Of a DNA stretch of 64,000 nucleotides, positions 1-14,523 are shown piece by piece (the stretch's first letter is position 1; each line of letters begins with the position of its first letter). A program made the position numbers and the translations under genes. The DNA is from Eledone cirrhosa. Taxonomy: Eukaryota. The DNA lies in the NCBI GenBank assembly GCA_964016885.1, contig OZ024740.1:364250001-364314000 (forward strand), read 5' to 3'. The notes beneath the pieces are model-generated. The model was not told the DNA's origin and made no database searches. It saw nothing but the letters and a program-made list of their open reading frames with translations.

Positions 1-600
1 CGTAGAGTATGAGATTTTAATAGTGTTTTTGTTTAAAAGGTTGTGGTACTTGTGTCCTAGAGGGAAGTTTTTATCTAGTAGTGAGAAGAAAGCCCTAGGT
101 ATGTTGGTGGAGACATTTAGGTAGAAAGGAGGGTTGAAAAATGTATTATTTCTTCTTCTATTTTTGTTTTTAGTGTCTGGTGTGTTGTTTCTTCCTAAGG
201 CACTACGGTAGTTTCCGTGGTAATGGTTACTTCCGGTGGCACCCTCCGCTTTGGTGTACTTGTGGTTGCTATTCCTATTATTAGGTTTCCTCATGGACAT
301 GTTGTGCGAGATGATGTTGTAGCTATGCGTTTTCTTAGGTAGGAACTCAATTTCTATATTATGGTCGGATCTAGCTAATGCTTGATTATAATATTGTGAG
401 TTTTTGCTAAATATGTTTGCGTCATAGGATAGATTAGAGATTCTATTGGATATCCCCTTAGAGATAGAGTTTAATATTGATCTAGGGTGATTAGACTTGG
501 TATCTACGTAAATGAGTTTTTCGTTAGGCTTATGGAAAGGTGTATATATTTTTGAGTCTAGGTATAGTGTGGCGTCTAGGAAGTTAACATTTTTAGTGTT
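1..600 (-). mobile_element. Penelope-like element, RT thumb/linker fragment (runs off window start)
   Basis: Manual minus-strand translation NTKNVNFLDATLYLDSKIYTPFHKPNEKLIYVDTKSNHPRSILNSISKGISNRISNLS...QYYNQALARS...RNNTFFNPPFYLNV is homologous to the PLE ORFs at 32257 and 42816. Confidence 0.85.
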
Positions 601-655
601 CTGTATGTCTCTTGGGTGAAAAGGAGGTCATATAAGTGTTCATTCATTAATAAAT

Positions 656-702
656 TGCTCCGAAGAATCCAAACCTCGGTTTGGAGGAAACAGTTGTAAG
701 CA
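656..702 (+). ncRNA. Type I hammerhead ribozyme (CCGAAGA core variant) in an inverted PLE end
   Basis: tgct-CCGAAGA-a-tccaaacc/tc/ggtttgga-g-GAAA-cagttg-TA-agca. Confidence 0.6.
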
Positions 703-905
703 TAAAAATGTTTTGAACAGTTCTTTGATTCTTATAATTCATATAACTGCTCTGTAAATCATCTGATGTTTTTACATTGAGCTACTTAACTTACTGGTAA
801 TAAGGTAGTAATATATTACTGCCTACCACTATTTAGGGTTTGTATAAAAATATATATAACTGCAAAAGGTTTTTGTATTTACATAACCATAAATAGTATA
901 ATTAA

Positions 906-1180
<275 letters not shown>

Positions 1181-2410
1181 TCATCATCATCATCATCGGT
1201 TAACGTCCATATTCCACGCTTGCATGGGTTTGGACAGGAGTTTTCCCACTTGAGGCAAGAGTGGTTGTCTTGCTCGCATAGGACTGTCTGGCGGGTTTTC
1301 TACGGCTGGATGCCCTTCCTAACACCAACCACATTTACAGTGTGGAACTGGGAGGTTTTTACCATGTTACCTACACGGCCACATTGGAGCGTGGACTCTG
1401 TGTTTTTTGTCGTGACACCTACACGACCTCATTTGTTTCGGACTGGATGTTGTGGTACCAACATAACTTTAGATTGAAAGGGGTGGCGTGGATGGGGTGG
1501 GGGTAGTGAGACGGGGGTGTATTTTTGTTAGAGGTGCCTACTGACTGTAGTAGGTTTCACTTTGTACTTCGGTAAGGCGGGTCTTCTGCATTACTGTGTA
1601 GCGCCAAAGATCTCGGTCCAGTGACATTGTCTTGGAGAGGTGTAAGTGTGTGAGGTCGGAATTTATCAAGTCGTCCCAGGTTTTTCTGGGTCTGCCTACT
1701 CCGTGGCTACCGTCTATTTTTATCGCCCTGCACTTTTTTATACAGCTGTCGTCTTTCATGCGCATCACGTGACCGTACCAACGTAGTCTTCTCTCGAGTA
1801 AACAACATCTGATCTCTCTTATTCCTAATTTCTCCCTTAGTTCGTTTATGCTTTGCCGTTCACGTATATTACTATTACACATCCAGCGGAGCATGCAAGC
1901 TTCGTTTCTCTCCAGTCTGCGTATATCCTCAGCACACAATGCCCAGGTCTCACTGCCATGTAACATTGCTGTTCGTATGCAGGCATCATACAGCTTGCCT
2001 TTCATTTTTAGAGAGAACCCTTTAGCGGTCAATAGTGGTATAAGCTCTCTGAACTTTTTCCATCCCGTTCTGACTCTAGCTAGTGTACTTTCAGAGCACC
2101 CTCCCCCACTGCTGATTTTGTCACCCAGGTAACGGAAGGTGTCCACTATTTCTATAGTACCATCTGTGCAATGGAATGAACTAGTATTCTGTGGGCACTT
2201 GCAGCTACTTATTGCACCAGAGCACCGGCCACATATAAAATCTATGTTCTTAGTTAGCTTACCTGTGATCCCACTACATCTTTTATGCACCCATACTTTG
2301 CCTTTGGGACATAAAATGGAGTTTCTGCCTACTCCTTTCCTACACACTGAGCATGGCCATTTCCCAGATGGGACCGGTGCCCTATTTTCCTTCCTACAAA
2401 CTAGAACTTT
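1181..2410 (-). mobile_element. RTE-clade LINE, 5'-truncated (PHD finger, RT C-terminus, 3' UTR, (GAT)n tail)
   Basis: ORF 1538..2443: FRYLGD, LHGSETW, RRLRWYGHVMRM, GRPRKTW; (CAT)n at 1181-1197 abutting (TA)n. Confidence 0.92.
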
Positions 2411-3073
2411 CACGATATACCACAGAACAGAAACCACCTGCATTCATCCTCTGGAACACACTTTCTTTCCTGCTGTCATGTGATTGCACACCTGTGAACT
2501 ATATTTTGTACATTTGAACTTTGAGCTCTTCTCTTACTTTATTACATTGTATCTTTGGGTGATGGATAGATAGATGTCCAGTCGTTCTCTGGCCAAGAGC
2601 GGTTGGCTACCTTGACATCTATCATTGATTTTTGCAAACATTCTTTTGTCGGGGTGACCACTTATAACAATGAACGGCTGCGTGTTCGTATCACGTCGGG
2701 GTTACCAATATAGCGGGATACTGGGTTGTATGAATGTAACAAGGAGACATGGTTTGTGTGTATAATATTTAATCAACAATTTAACAGTATAGTTGACATG
2801 TCAAAGAAATAGATGAAAGAATGAAGCAAAGTAATGAGTTACCGTTTTGGTTGCCAAGGATTCTTCAGCCTTAAGCTATATTCTCCCATTTGCCGGTTTA
2901 AAAATTTACCACGTAAATTTGAAGGCCCGGCGCCGGAAGGCAAAATGAGAGAGTGAGAACTTAAAGTTGTTAGTTTTATAGGGTTCTGACCGGAAGTTAC
3001 AGAAAGGGTTCTACTTCCCGTCTAGATGTTGTTAATCTATTGGGGTTGTGAGTCACAACAAGGGAGGCAACTG

Positions 3074-3345
3074 CTACATGTCTTTTATAGCGCCAGGCAG
3101 TCCGGTTTGGGGTGCATACGCAGATATTACTGTCACAGTAGTTCTATTTAGAACAAGTCTTATTTTAATTATTCTGTCGTTCACTCTATTTATGTCTATT
3201 ATCTTATCTACCCATTTTTCTGCTAACATGATTCCTACCCCACCCAGCCCATTTTCATTTCCCACCCAGAAAAGCTTATAGCATCGTTTTTTTTACCCAC
3301 AATGAATCTAGCAGACCCACCCCTCCACCTGGCCTCTTGGATACA
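3074..3345 (-). mobile_element. RTE LINE APE-endonuclease fragment
   Basis: GGVGIMLAEKWVDKIIDINRVNDRII...ISAYAPQTG, typical of the RTE APE domain. Confidence 0.85.
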
Positions 3346-3748
3346 GCAAACATCAAGATGTTATATATATATTCTATATATATATATTCTATTTTTTCGT
3401 CTGTTACATGTTTGCATGTTCCATTGCCCTGTGTCCTCCCATCATTTGGTCTGTTTACCTGTTTTTTTTCTCTTTCTTCCTCTCTCCACTCCTTTTTCCC
3501 TTTTTTTCTTTGTTCTTTTCTTTCCTTCCTGGCGTTTTGATCGACAAAAGACCTTGGACGCGCCGCTGATCACTTTTAGATGTCCTGAATTAAACGCCGA
3601 AACATCTTGATTTTGGTTTTACAGCTGATGAAGGATTTTTTTCTTCTCTTGTTCGTCCATACTACCATCTTAAACTCTGTTTACAATAACCACACAGCTC
3701 CTTTTATTTCTTATAATGTTGTATATATATATATATATAATATATATA

Positions 3749-4633
3749 CAGGGTGCGGACGATATTGGTTCGCAATTTTCAACTGCTAATTTTATGCAAA
3801 TTATTTTTACTTCCGTTGTCACTCTTGTCTTCATAAAAACAGTGACTATATTTCCATTATTTATTTTCAGAATAATTGATTATGAATAACCTCCAAATTT
3901 GTGGAAGAGACACTGAGTTCTTCTTGGAATCCGCGCCAGGAAGACAAATAAGACCAGAAGATCAACTCCCAGAACAACAGGTGGCTCCCTGTCTCATCCA
4001 AAGACGTGCCCAGAGTCATGCAGACAAAGTTTCCAGCGACAACATTGGTCTTGGATGTCGTTAGCAGTCAAGGTGACGTCATGCTACCTCACTTCTTCCC
4101 TGAGGGCCTCAAGCTTAACACCTATGGCTACATCCGCATTCTGAGCGAGGTAGTAAAGCCCTGGATCGACCAGGTAGCTGCAGGTAGGCCGTATGTGTGG
4201 CAGCAAGACTCAGCGCCCTGCCATACCAGCCGAAAGACCGAAGCCTGGCTGTCAGAGAACTTCATCGACCACACTTCACCTGACATCTGGCCTCCCAGCT
4301 CACCTGACTGCAACCCCCTCGACTTCTTTGTGTGGGGCGCAGTGGAACGAGACACCAACAGATCTAGCTGCAATACGAAAGACGATCTGAAGGCCAGGAT
4401 CACAAGTGCCTTTAGGGGCCTAAGTCGGAGGACAGTGAAGAAGGCCTGTAGCCGGTTCCGAGGCCGCCTTGAGGCCGTCATCAAAGCCAATGGCGGGTTT
4501 ATCGAGTGAGATCGAAAGAACAAGTCATGAAGACAAACTGACCCAAGTTTGATAAATAAATCTTAAAAAATAAAACTACTGTGTTATTTTTTCATAGACA
4601 GTAATCTTGCGAACCAATGTCGTCCACACCCTG
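3749..4633 (+). mobile_element. Tc1/mariner DD37D (maT-type) transposon, internally deleted
   Basis: TIRs cagggtgcggacgatattggttcgc / gcgaaccaatgtcgtccacaccctg with TA on both sides; ORF 4006..4509 WQQDSAPCH...SPDCNPLDF with 37 residues between the last two Asp. Confidence 0.93.
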
Positions 4634-4637
4634 TATG

Positions 4638-4706
<69 letters not shown>

Positions 4707-5411
4707 TGAAGTTTAGAATTCTCAACTTAGCTTTAAATAAATGCGTTTTACTATATGTCATAAGTTCATTTTTTTCTCCTCGCATTTGTAAATACATAGT
4801 TCTTATTTGTGTTATTTTCAATTGTAGCAATTTTCCTGTCTCATATCAGTATGTAGATATTCCTTCTTGTTTTGTTTTGTGTGAATTTTTTGTCCAACGT
4901 TCGTTGTGTTTTCATCCCAAATAGCTGTACATGAATAACTCTGTTGTTATTATTGATGCACTGGTGGTGAATAGTCATGTCTTATAAGAAATCTGAAACT
5001 ATAATGATCCCAGAAAGACAGCTGATGAGCAGGAATTGACCATGTTCTTGTCTCTTCTGTGTTTTCTGTTTCCTATATTTCTCCCACATGTATTTTTAAA
5101 TTATATATATATATCATTCATCATCATCATCACTGTTTAACATACATTTTCCCCACTAGCATGGGTTAGACAGGTTGTCCTATTCAAGGCAAGTCAAGAT
5201 CAGACGACCATGTCTTGCTCATACAGAACCTATTTTAGATTGTTTTCTCCAGCTGGATGCCTTTCCTAAAGCCAACCACATTTACAGTGAGTACTGGGTG
5301 CTTTTTGCAATGACACCTACATGACCACTTTACAGTGAGGGCTGGATGCTTTTTGTCATGAAACCTACACAGCCATCTTACCATAAATTGAGTTTTTTCT
5401 CACTTAATTTT

Positions 5412-5479
<68 letters not shown>

Positions 5480-5989
5480 TGTGTATATATGTATATATAC
5501 TAGCATAGATGAGAAGGTTTATAGAAAAAATACTAATTTAATATGACAACATTTTGTAACTAAATATTAAAGTGTCGAGTTGAAATACTTAGAAAATGTA
5601 GAAAATCGATAACACAGGAAGATAGCTTAGAAAATTGGGTAAAATGCACCTATAATTGGCAGGTAGGCTTGTAGGTAGATTGATAAATAAATAGAATGAG
5701 AGAGAGAGAGTGGAAAAGAGAGAAATATATATCTATTTTAGAAATACATTAGCTTGTGTGTGTGTGTTTGTTTGTCTTTGTAGGCATGTGTCTAAGCCTG
5801 TCGTTCACTGGTTGCTGGTAGAATCCCTAGAGCTGAAACTTAGTTTCCAGGTGTAACTTGATACACAATGTTATAATATACTCAAATGACCTTCTTCTAG
5901 ATCTTTAAAAGTTTCAAATGCAAAAACTGTAGATGCGTAAGTAAGACAGTCTCTACATATGCATGCTAATTTCACAAGTAGAGATCAAA

Positions 5990-6225
5990 TAATTAGAACT
6001 CTGACTGTCAGAATATGGACAAGTCCACCATATATCTAGTTGTGTTACTAGTACTGAAGCTGATTCATTCATCAAACAACTAGAACTCTCATTGTCAGAA
6101 TCTAGAGAAGTCCACCACGAACAACTAGAACTCTCACAATCAGAATCTAGAGAAGTCCACCACACATCTAAATGTGTTAGACTGTTCTATTGATCAAACA
6201 ACTAGAACTCTCACCATCAGAACTG
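5990..6225. repeat. Degenerate ~42-bp minisatellite (aactagaactctca...cagaatctagagaagtccaccac)
   Basis: 3-4 imperfect copies; gives the repeated WWTSLDSD peptide in ORF 5953..6165. Confidence 0.7.
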
Positions 6226-8269
6226 ATGGTGTCTTACTAGTACTGATATATGTTACTAGTTATGATTTTATAAATGCATAATAATGAGATGCAGGGGAGA
6301 TAAATCAGTTTTGACAGGTATTGAACTTAGAGAGCTTGAAGCAACAAAACCGTTTGTCAGTTGTAGATTTCTATACAGGTGTTGCCTACTTTAAATAGTG
6401 AAGTGAAGAAGAAAAAATATTCTACTTGGTAGAATTGTGTAGTGAAATTAATTCCGAGATTTCGACTGTTGCACTGAAAATGTCCAATAACAGGAAATGG
6501 ATTGGAGACAACAATAAATCAGTTATAGAATTCTGTGATCAGATTTTCAAATGACAAATTAGAATTCCTGAAATGTTACAGTCAGTTTTTATTATGTGAC
6601 AAATCACTGCTGGGAAGTTCTGTGATCAGACTGTGAAGCCATAAATCACAGCTATCAAATATTATAGTTATATTATACACTGTCCAATCAGAATTATGGA
6701 ATCCTTTGGCTAAAATATTGAGTAGTTTTTGTTGAATTGATTCCATGACAAATCACATCTTTTCAGAGTGAGTGATTGGAATCTCTAACAACCTTGCTCA
6801 CCACCTTGCATAAAATCAATACTAAAGCATTTAAATAAACGCCCACTCTAAAACGGTTCAGCAGTTGTGTTTTCTGACCATTAGCTGCCATATTGCTTTT
6901 AGTATTTGAAACAAAGATATTCATGTATGAAAGACAGCAAAACACTCAGCAAAATGTATTAACTGAAAATTTATGCAGAATAAAATGAAATAAAAGTAAA
7001 CAATAACAACAATAACAACAGCAGCAGCATCATAGCTGAACAGAAATACTGTGGAAATTAAATAATTCAGGTATAACAATGAACTATAGATAATTTTGTT
7101 TTATAAAAATGTATTATAACATTTTGTAGAGCAAGCTTAAACTGGCTTTACCTACCTAACTGTCAACAGTTATTTTGTTATAACAGCAGTATAATTTAGA
7201 ACAGTTGTAATTAAGCTGATATATTTTCAATGCAGCCATTTAATTACATTAATAACCAAACAGCTAACAATACTACTATAGACTTTACAAAATATTCAAC
7301 TATGTTATACGGAAAAAGAAAACAGAAAGAAATCTATATATAAACAAATTCTTTAGACAAGAAAAGAAACCTTTAGTGTACTATAAATCCTTGATACAAA
7401 ACAATAATATATTCCGGAGCTACACTGTAGGAATCAGAGGAAATGCCATTATCTGATTTCCAAAGAGAAGATAGAATAGAGTGATTGTTTTCTGTTTTGT
7501 TTTTGTTTTTTTTGTTTACAGAGGTATTATGCTACAAATTTGTGGTACAGAAGAATGGGAAGTTGTGGTTTTCATGATGTTCCATAGGCATTACTATCAA
7601 TGAAAAAGTTATGTATTATAAAAATGTGGTTTCAATAATTTCAAAATATAAGCATTTTCAATTAAAATCATCATCATCATCATTTAACATCTGTTTTCCT
7701 TTCTTGGAAAGGAAACTATTCAGTGAAAATGTATGTATATGATTATATCTATGCATGTATGTGTGTGTGTATGTATATACAAATATATATGTATATACAA
7801 ATATATATGTATATACAAATATATATGTATATACAAATATATATGTATATACAAATATATATATATATGTGTGTGGGTGTTTTTTATATAACAAATTAAT
7901 ATATTTCAATGATACTTTATACACAGTTAGGCACATATATAAAGTACAAAAATCACTTGATGTGGCCACCACTTTCTCCAAGCAGAACTGGAAACTAGAG
8001 CAGGCCTTGGTGACAGTGTCCATGTATGTGTGTGTGTGTCGTAAGGAATGAAAAGCAGCCATGGTTTTAGTGTTAGTAGCTGTCTGTGGCCAATGATAAC
8101 AACACAAACATAGTGTGGTACATAAATATATACACATGCACCAGGTCTGAACACAATGGAACTAAACTCCCACTGTCACTGCCTCCATCTCTCACTATTA
8201 TAAAAAAAAATGGGAGACCACGTGCTTGCCAATCCATAGCCCCAGTGAACAGAATAGAGAAGGCGTTTC

Positions 8270-8900
8270 CCTGGAGGATGGTGAGGGAGACGCACTGGGA
8301 AAGCCTTTCCAGCTCGCAAGGCTCACACCTGCAGGTAGCCAACTCTGTTGACCAAGGCATCCCCGATAGCTGCCTTGAGAGTGTCCTTGGTGTTGTAGGG
8401 CTTGCTGGTCACTTCCCTCTCCAAGATGCCCCAGACAAAATAGTCAAGAGGATTACAGTCTGGCAATGAGGTGGCGGCATAAGTCAAACAACCAGGGCAC
8501 GTCAGTGAAGGACCAGACCTGGGTGGTCCTGGTCTTGTGTGTGGGGGTGGGGTTCTGTTGAAAGACATAGGTTCTCCCATTAACCACTCTGTCCATCCAG
8601 GGCTTGATGTGCTCATCCAGGAGACTCACGTAGCCATTGGCACTAAAGTGGAGGTCTTCGGGAATGAAGACAGGCTCCAGATACTTCAAGTCCATGATGA
8701 TAGGCACTTCATCAGGGCACTTGCATTCTGGTCTGAAATTGTCCTTGTTGTCCTAGGCCCCATATGCCTTTGCTGGGTCGTAGACCATGGTTTTAGGGTA
8801 TTTAAATGATTTAATGATTTCCTTGGCTTTGTGAGTGGCACAAATGCACTTCACAACAGTAGCTCAATGATCATATTCTGAAGACATGTCAATTACTAAG
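8270..8900 (-). pseudogene. Degraded DD37D-like Tc1/mariner transposase
   Basis: Frameshifted fragments IKPWMDRVVNGRTYVFQQ and LPDCNPLDYFVWGILEREVTSKPYNTKDTLKAAI. Confidence 0.85.
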
Positions 8901-9027
8901 AACTTCATGTGTCAATGACCAGACAGCAACTGAGTTGTACTTTCTATTGGTGTTCTTGAAACCTCACTACATTGTGATGTCATGGCACTGTTGCCATGTA
9001 AAAATTCTAGATTTATATGTGCGACAC

Positions 9028-9075
<48 letters not shown>

Positions 9076-9084
9076 TATGTATTT

Positions 9085-9360
9085 AGATCAGGAGTTCAAT
9101 TTATGGTATTGTGTTGTATCTTTGAGCAAGACACTTTATTTCATGTTGCTCCAATTCACCCAGCTAGTAAAAATGAGTTGTACACACAATTCAAAGACCA
9201 GCCTTGTTACACATTTTGTCATGTTGACTCTCCCTGAGAACTATGTCAAGGGTGCACATGTCTGTGGAATGCTCAGCCACTTAAACATTGATTTCATGAG
9301 CAAGATATTCCATTGTTTGAACATCTGGAACACTCGTCATCGGAATCAACCGAGTTCCAA
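9085..9360 (+). mobile_element. CORE-type tRNA-derived SINE, degraded
   Basis: ttgagcaagacactttatttcatgttgctccaattcacccagct core shared with the other copies in the window. Confidence 0.6.
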
Positions 9361-10680
9361 TGCACACATAAAAATTGATAGATAGATAGATAGGTGGATA
9401 GGTAGATAGATAGAAAGAAAAAGATAATGATAGAGTGAAAATTAAACTGATGAATAGAATAATGGCAGCAATGAATGAGATACTATTAAAAAAAGGAGGA
9501 TAACATATTTCATGTTCTTTCCCCGTGTATGTAAAAATGTGTACACACACACAGTATATATATATATGCAATTATCTACACATTAAAATATGTATCTGCT
9601 GGGTGTATATGTATGAGTACATAGTTGTCTTTCATCAGATACTATGATCTATTCTGCTCATGTTTTCCTCAAGATTCCCAATAGCAACACACACTAAATA
9701 GATATACTATGCACAGTATTATGGTTTAATGGCAGTGAAAAAAAAAATGTTGATGGGGTGGGGTGAGGAGAAGATCTTTAAAATAAATATAATTACTAAT
9801 AATAAAACTAGGCCAGTTTTATTTTCTCACAAATATATTTTTTCTTTTTTCTTCTCTTTCTTTCTTACACACCATCTTCTCAACAGATATCTCTCTTCCC
9901 ATGATGCACCACAATCACCACAGAGCCAATAAACTCATAACTTATGTGTCAAATATGACTAGAAAAAAAAGGAAAATAAAAAATGGCAAAAAAAAATGAA
10001 AAGAAAATGAACTGTAAAATCATAGGATACAACCAAAGGCATTCTATGTCTTTTATTATTACATTACATTATTTTTTTTATTTCTTCCTCTTTTTTTTAC
10101 AAGCTTTACTTTTGTTGCTTTTCAAAGAGGGGGGAAAAATTTCTGAATGAAGGAGAAAATGAATAAAGACACTTATTGTTGGGAATTACTGCCATTATTG
10201 GAAATTTTTCTATCTAGCAATCCAATTCCGAAGTGAAAATTATCAACTGTCTCTAACCAGTGAGCTGGACAGCTTGTTGCCATCGCGACCAACAGGCGTC
10301 AGTATTCTTTGATAAGGTATTGATTATTTCAAAATCAATGAGATCTGCCCTGGCAGCTGAAGACTTCTCAGTCAATTCACTCTTTTATAAATGCTTTGCT
10401 TCCATTGATTTCTTGCAGTTTTGCTTCTCTCTAAGAGGTGCTGAAGGTTTGACCGATTTGATATTTTCTAGTCTCTGTGTTTTCCTATCTTTACATTCTA
10501 TTTTAAAATTTCTATATCCGTATATAAAGTAATAATATCAAATATGTATGTATATGAATATACATATGTATATATATATTCATATACATACATATTTGAT
10601 ATTATTCCTTTATATACGGATATAGAAATACAGTGTATATATATATATACACACATGCACACACATATACATACATACTC

Positions 10681-10719
<39 letters not shown>

Positions 10720-11102
10720 GTACACATATATATGTGTGTGTGCATGTGTGTATATATATATATATACACTGTATACTGATTTAAAAGTCAAATATTTAAA
10801 AACTTTTTTTAGCTAAAATTTATGGTATAAACTATTACATAGATACTACTTTCAAAGAGCTGATATTCACACTTCTATCCAAAACATGCATCAAAACACA
10901 CTTCATACTACCAAAACGCATAAGGCCATGTAGCACTTACAAGTATTTCTACTCCTGTACAACAGAACATAATAGTGTAGTAAAATTAATATCTTCATTT
11001 ATGATCAGGATAATACCTTGATTCACAAATGTTGATCTGTTGTCTTCAAAGAACTAGGGTTGACTTTTACATGAGATTGACTCTTACACAAGTATATCTA
11101 TC

Positions 11103-11410
11103 GCTTAGTGGTTAGAGCATTGGGCTTGCAATTGAGAGGTTGTGAGTTTGATTCTCAGACTGAGTGATGCGTTATGTCCTTGATCAAGACACTTTATTTC
11201 CCATCATTCCAGTTCACTCAGCTGTAGAAATGAGTTTTGACATCAATGGTGCTAAGCTGTATCAGCTGTTGCTTTTCCCTTGGACAACATCGGTGGCATG
11301 ATGAGGGGAGACTGGTATGCCTGAGCGACTGCTGGTCTTCCACAAACAAATCTTGTCTAGGTTTGTACCTTTGAGAGAAACTTTCTAGGTGCAAAACCAT
11401 ACTCACTATA
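11103..11410 (+). mobile_element. CORE-type tRNA-derived SINE
   Basis: A-box-like tagtggttagagc, B-box-like gagtttgattct, core gtccttgatcaagacacttta. Confidence 0.75.
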
Positions 11411-11507
11411 CATCGGTTATCTCCCTTTCCAAACCTCTCTCTTTTTCTCATTTTCCCCCATTCTTTCCTCTTATCACTCTTTACTTTATCTTCTATTTCT
11501 AACTCTA

Positions 11508-11543
11508 TCTTCTGATGAAGGATTAGTGTCCGAAACGTTAAGA
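11508..11543 (+). ncRNA. Minimal type I hammerhead ribozyme (palindromic helix III)
   Basis: tctt-CTGATGA-a-gga/ttagtg/tcc-GAAA-cg-TT-aaga; a degenerate relative lies at about 18043-18078. Confidence 0.7.
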
Positions 11544-13812
11544 CTCTCTTCCTGCTATTTCAAGTGTTAAACTAATATATTTCTTCCATGTCTGGCGCCA
11601 TTTATTTTGTTATTTTTGTTATTCCTGTTTACCTTTTACACACACACACAATTATGAGTGTATTTGTTTATTTATGTGTGTGTGTATACTGTGAAACATA
11701 GAAACAGGAAACTCAGGCTCTCTATGGAGAAACATTCAATTGCAAATAAGTCAAGACACTCTACTTTATGTATTGAGTACTTCTATTTACTCTCATTCTA
11801 AAATCAAAATACACCCCATTTTTCTATCTATATGTCTAAAGATGTAAAATGGTGGTGGTGGTAGTGGTGGTGATTATGATGATGATGAATTTCTATAGGA
11901 TAAATATATGAAAAGATGTACAATTGCTCATGTAGGTACAGACATGTGGAAGTATAAATACACAAGCATAAGCCATAGAAGTGATAGTTATGTGTGTATG
12001 TATTTTTCTACATGGATGAATAGGTGTCGGTATATCTTTGTAACTCAGCACAACCTGGTTCATGATCAGGTCATTGACTGAACTCGCAAACACTGCCATT
12101 AAGCCTGTTTGGTTAGAAGCGTAATTTTACAAGAGGGAAAACAAAACCCATCAAAGGATGAATTAACTCATGAGAGTCAATGGCCATCCAATAGTAGGTA
12201 TATATGCTTATGCACACATATATATATTGACATGAGAGAAGGATACTCTTATCTGAAACGTGCAATGTTTGAAGTCTCTAAGTGTCTTGCTTTGTTTCTG
12301 CTTATTGTTAATTTAATGGCTTCAAACATTTAGAGACTGGCTTATGTCACACAAATGTTTGTCATTATAAAATCTGATATGCAGAATATGTTTTATTCCC
12401 CATCTTTTTTCTTAAGTACAGGTCAGGACATGGGCATCTTGATACCATCAACATACCTTCTGTTACAGTAGAAAAAAAGTTAATTGTGATTTCAAACTTT
12501 CAACTGTGGTCAGCTTCCTCAGACTGCACGAGAAACCAAACACAAATAAAACTTCAAACTCACTGTCAAATATTTCTTTGTAAAATAAATTTTAACTCTA
12601 TTTAAATGTATTGAGTACTCAATTAGTTAAATTTTTACTGTTTTTACGTGTGATTATACATGAAATGCATGCATTAATATCATCATCATCACTGTTTAAT
12701 GTATATTTTCCATGCTTGCATGAGTTAGTTAGGTGGTCACATTATGAGGCCAGACATTCAGTTGAAAGGGTCTTGCTCATATGCTCTATTTTTGGCTTGG
12801 TTGTCTATGGCTGGAAGTCCTTCCTTATGTTAACCACCTCTAGAAGCTTTTTTTGTAGCACCAGCACTACCATCTTACATGGTAAGCTGGGTGATTTTTT
12901 TTTTTTATAGCACTAGTATGACCATCTTACAGGGTGAACTGGATGTTTTTGTCATAGCACTAGTATGATCCTCTTACAGGGTGGACTGGGTGTGTTTTAT
13001 CATATCACCAGCACTACTTCATTATCATATTTAGGTGTTGTTCATTGCACCCTTGTCCTAGCTGTGGGGGCAATGACAAGAGTATAATAAAAGAGCAAGC
13101 ATCAGGCTACATGTTGTTGCTAAAGTGTTGGGGAAGTCCCACAGTGGAAGAGCAATTGACATGTCATAGGGGTGACCTTGAGAGGAAGTTGTGCTTGGCA
13201 GTATACTGTGGAACATGTCTGGTTTTCCATACATGTGTTGAACAAGTCAAGTGCACTGGGGATGAAAATGGTGGTGAGTTAAACATCATTATCATCATTA
13301 AAAATATATTTTCCATGCCTGCCTGGGCCAGATGAGTTGTCATGCTCTGAGACTAGGCTAGACATGAGGAGAGGAGTCCTGGCTATATGCCAGTTGCCTA
13401 GGAAATATTCCTTCATAGGGAAAGGAAGTGCTAGATTATAAGAGTAACCTAGAAGCAAGTGGGTGGGGATTGACATATTGTGGAATGTGACTAGTTTTCC
13501 ATGTTGGATAGTAAAGGTGAGTCAGTGATGTGAATGTGAAGCAGTAGGGAGAATATGGGTTAAGCAAGGAAAGTCAATCAGAGAAGGTTTGTCCTAGTTT
13601 TCCAAACATGCATGAGTTTGTACCAGGAAAGAGAAAGGTATGAGTGGGCAAAGGCTAATGGGAAGTTGTGTTGGGAAATTGGGAGTATACTCTCAGGCAG
13701 AGACCTAAATGTTTCACTTCTTTGTTTCTTCAGACTTAAGATAAAGGAAGGTGGACAGGAGGAGAGGTGGGACCATACTGGCAGGTATGTATTTTATATA
13801 GGTACATATATA

Positions 13813-13887
13813 CAGGGTGTCCCCCAAAATGTATACACACTATTATTAGAATGCTGTTGAAGTGTGTATACATTTTTTGGGGACATC

Positions 13888-13890
<3 letters not shown>
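13813..13890. mobile_element. 78-bp Tc1/mariner-type MITE
   Basis: cagggtgtcccccaaaatgtatacacact / agtgtgtatacattttttggggacatcctg TIRs with TA flanks. Confidence 0.85.
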
Positions 13891-13924
<34 letters not shown>

Positions 13925-14021
13925 TCCATCAACATTTAATGTCTGTTTTCCATGCTTGCAGGTTGAACAAGATATTTTCTGGCAGGCTTTCTATGACCAG
14001 ATACCCTTTCTGATGCCAGGA

Positions 14022-14054
<33 letters not shown>

Positions 14055-14308
14055 AATGCATTTGTATTAATAAATAAATGTTTTTAAAATTAACATTTGA
14101 AACTACAAATATGTTAATTGGAAAGTGACTCAATATTGAAAATAGACTCTTGATATCTATTATTACTGTATATAATGCTAGAGTACGTGCCTTAAGATTC
14201 CAGGTTTGTACATATATGATAGTTTGGCAGTTTCACATGATATCAATAACTACACCATGGTTACATTCAGTCAAGGCCTGATAGGTATATTCAAGGAATA
14301 TGGCTTAA

Positions 14309-14523
14309 CCCTTTAGCATTTAAAGTCATATCTAGCCATTATTCTCGCACTTCTTCCTGTTCAAATTGGCTGTAACCAACTGCTCATACTGATGTTAAGG
14401 TATTGTTCTCAAAATAAATATCAAAATCTCATAGATTCGATATTATTTGAGATAATTATGTGAGGTAAAGCCTTTACCGTGAAAATATAATAGTAAATAT
14501 GGAATAATGTAAATGCTAAATGA
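14309..14523. mobile_element. piggyBac-type MITE (TTAA TSD)
   Basis: TTAA-ccctttagcattta ... taaatgctaaatga-TTAA; a reverse-oriented relative lies at 58997-59203. Confidence 0.75.

Noticed and set aside
2836-2875. Minus-strand CTGAAGA hammerhead-like motif in the insert between RTE fragments
   Set aside because: GAAA is replaced by AAAA and stems I and II do not close convincingly
11103-11165. tRNA-like sequences at SINE heads (also 14873, 52000-52068, 57660-57728)
   Set aside because: No complete cloverleaf; each continues into SINE core sequence
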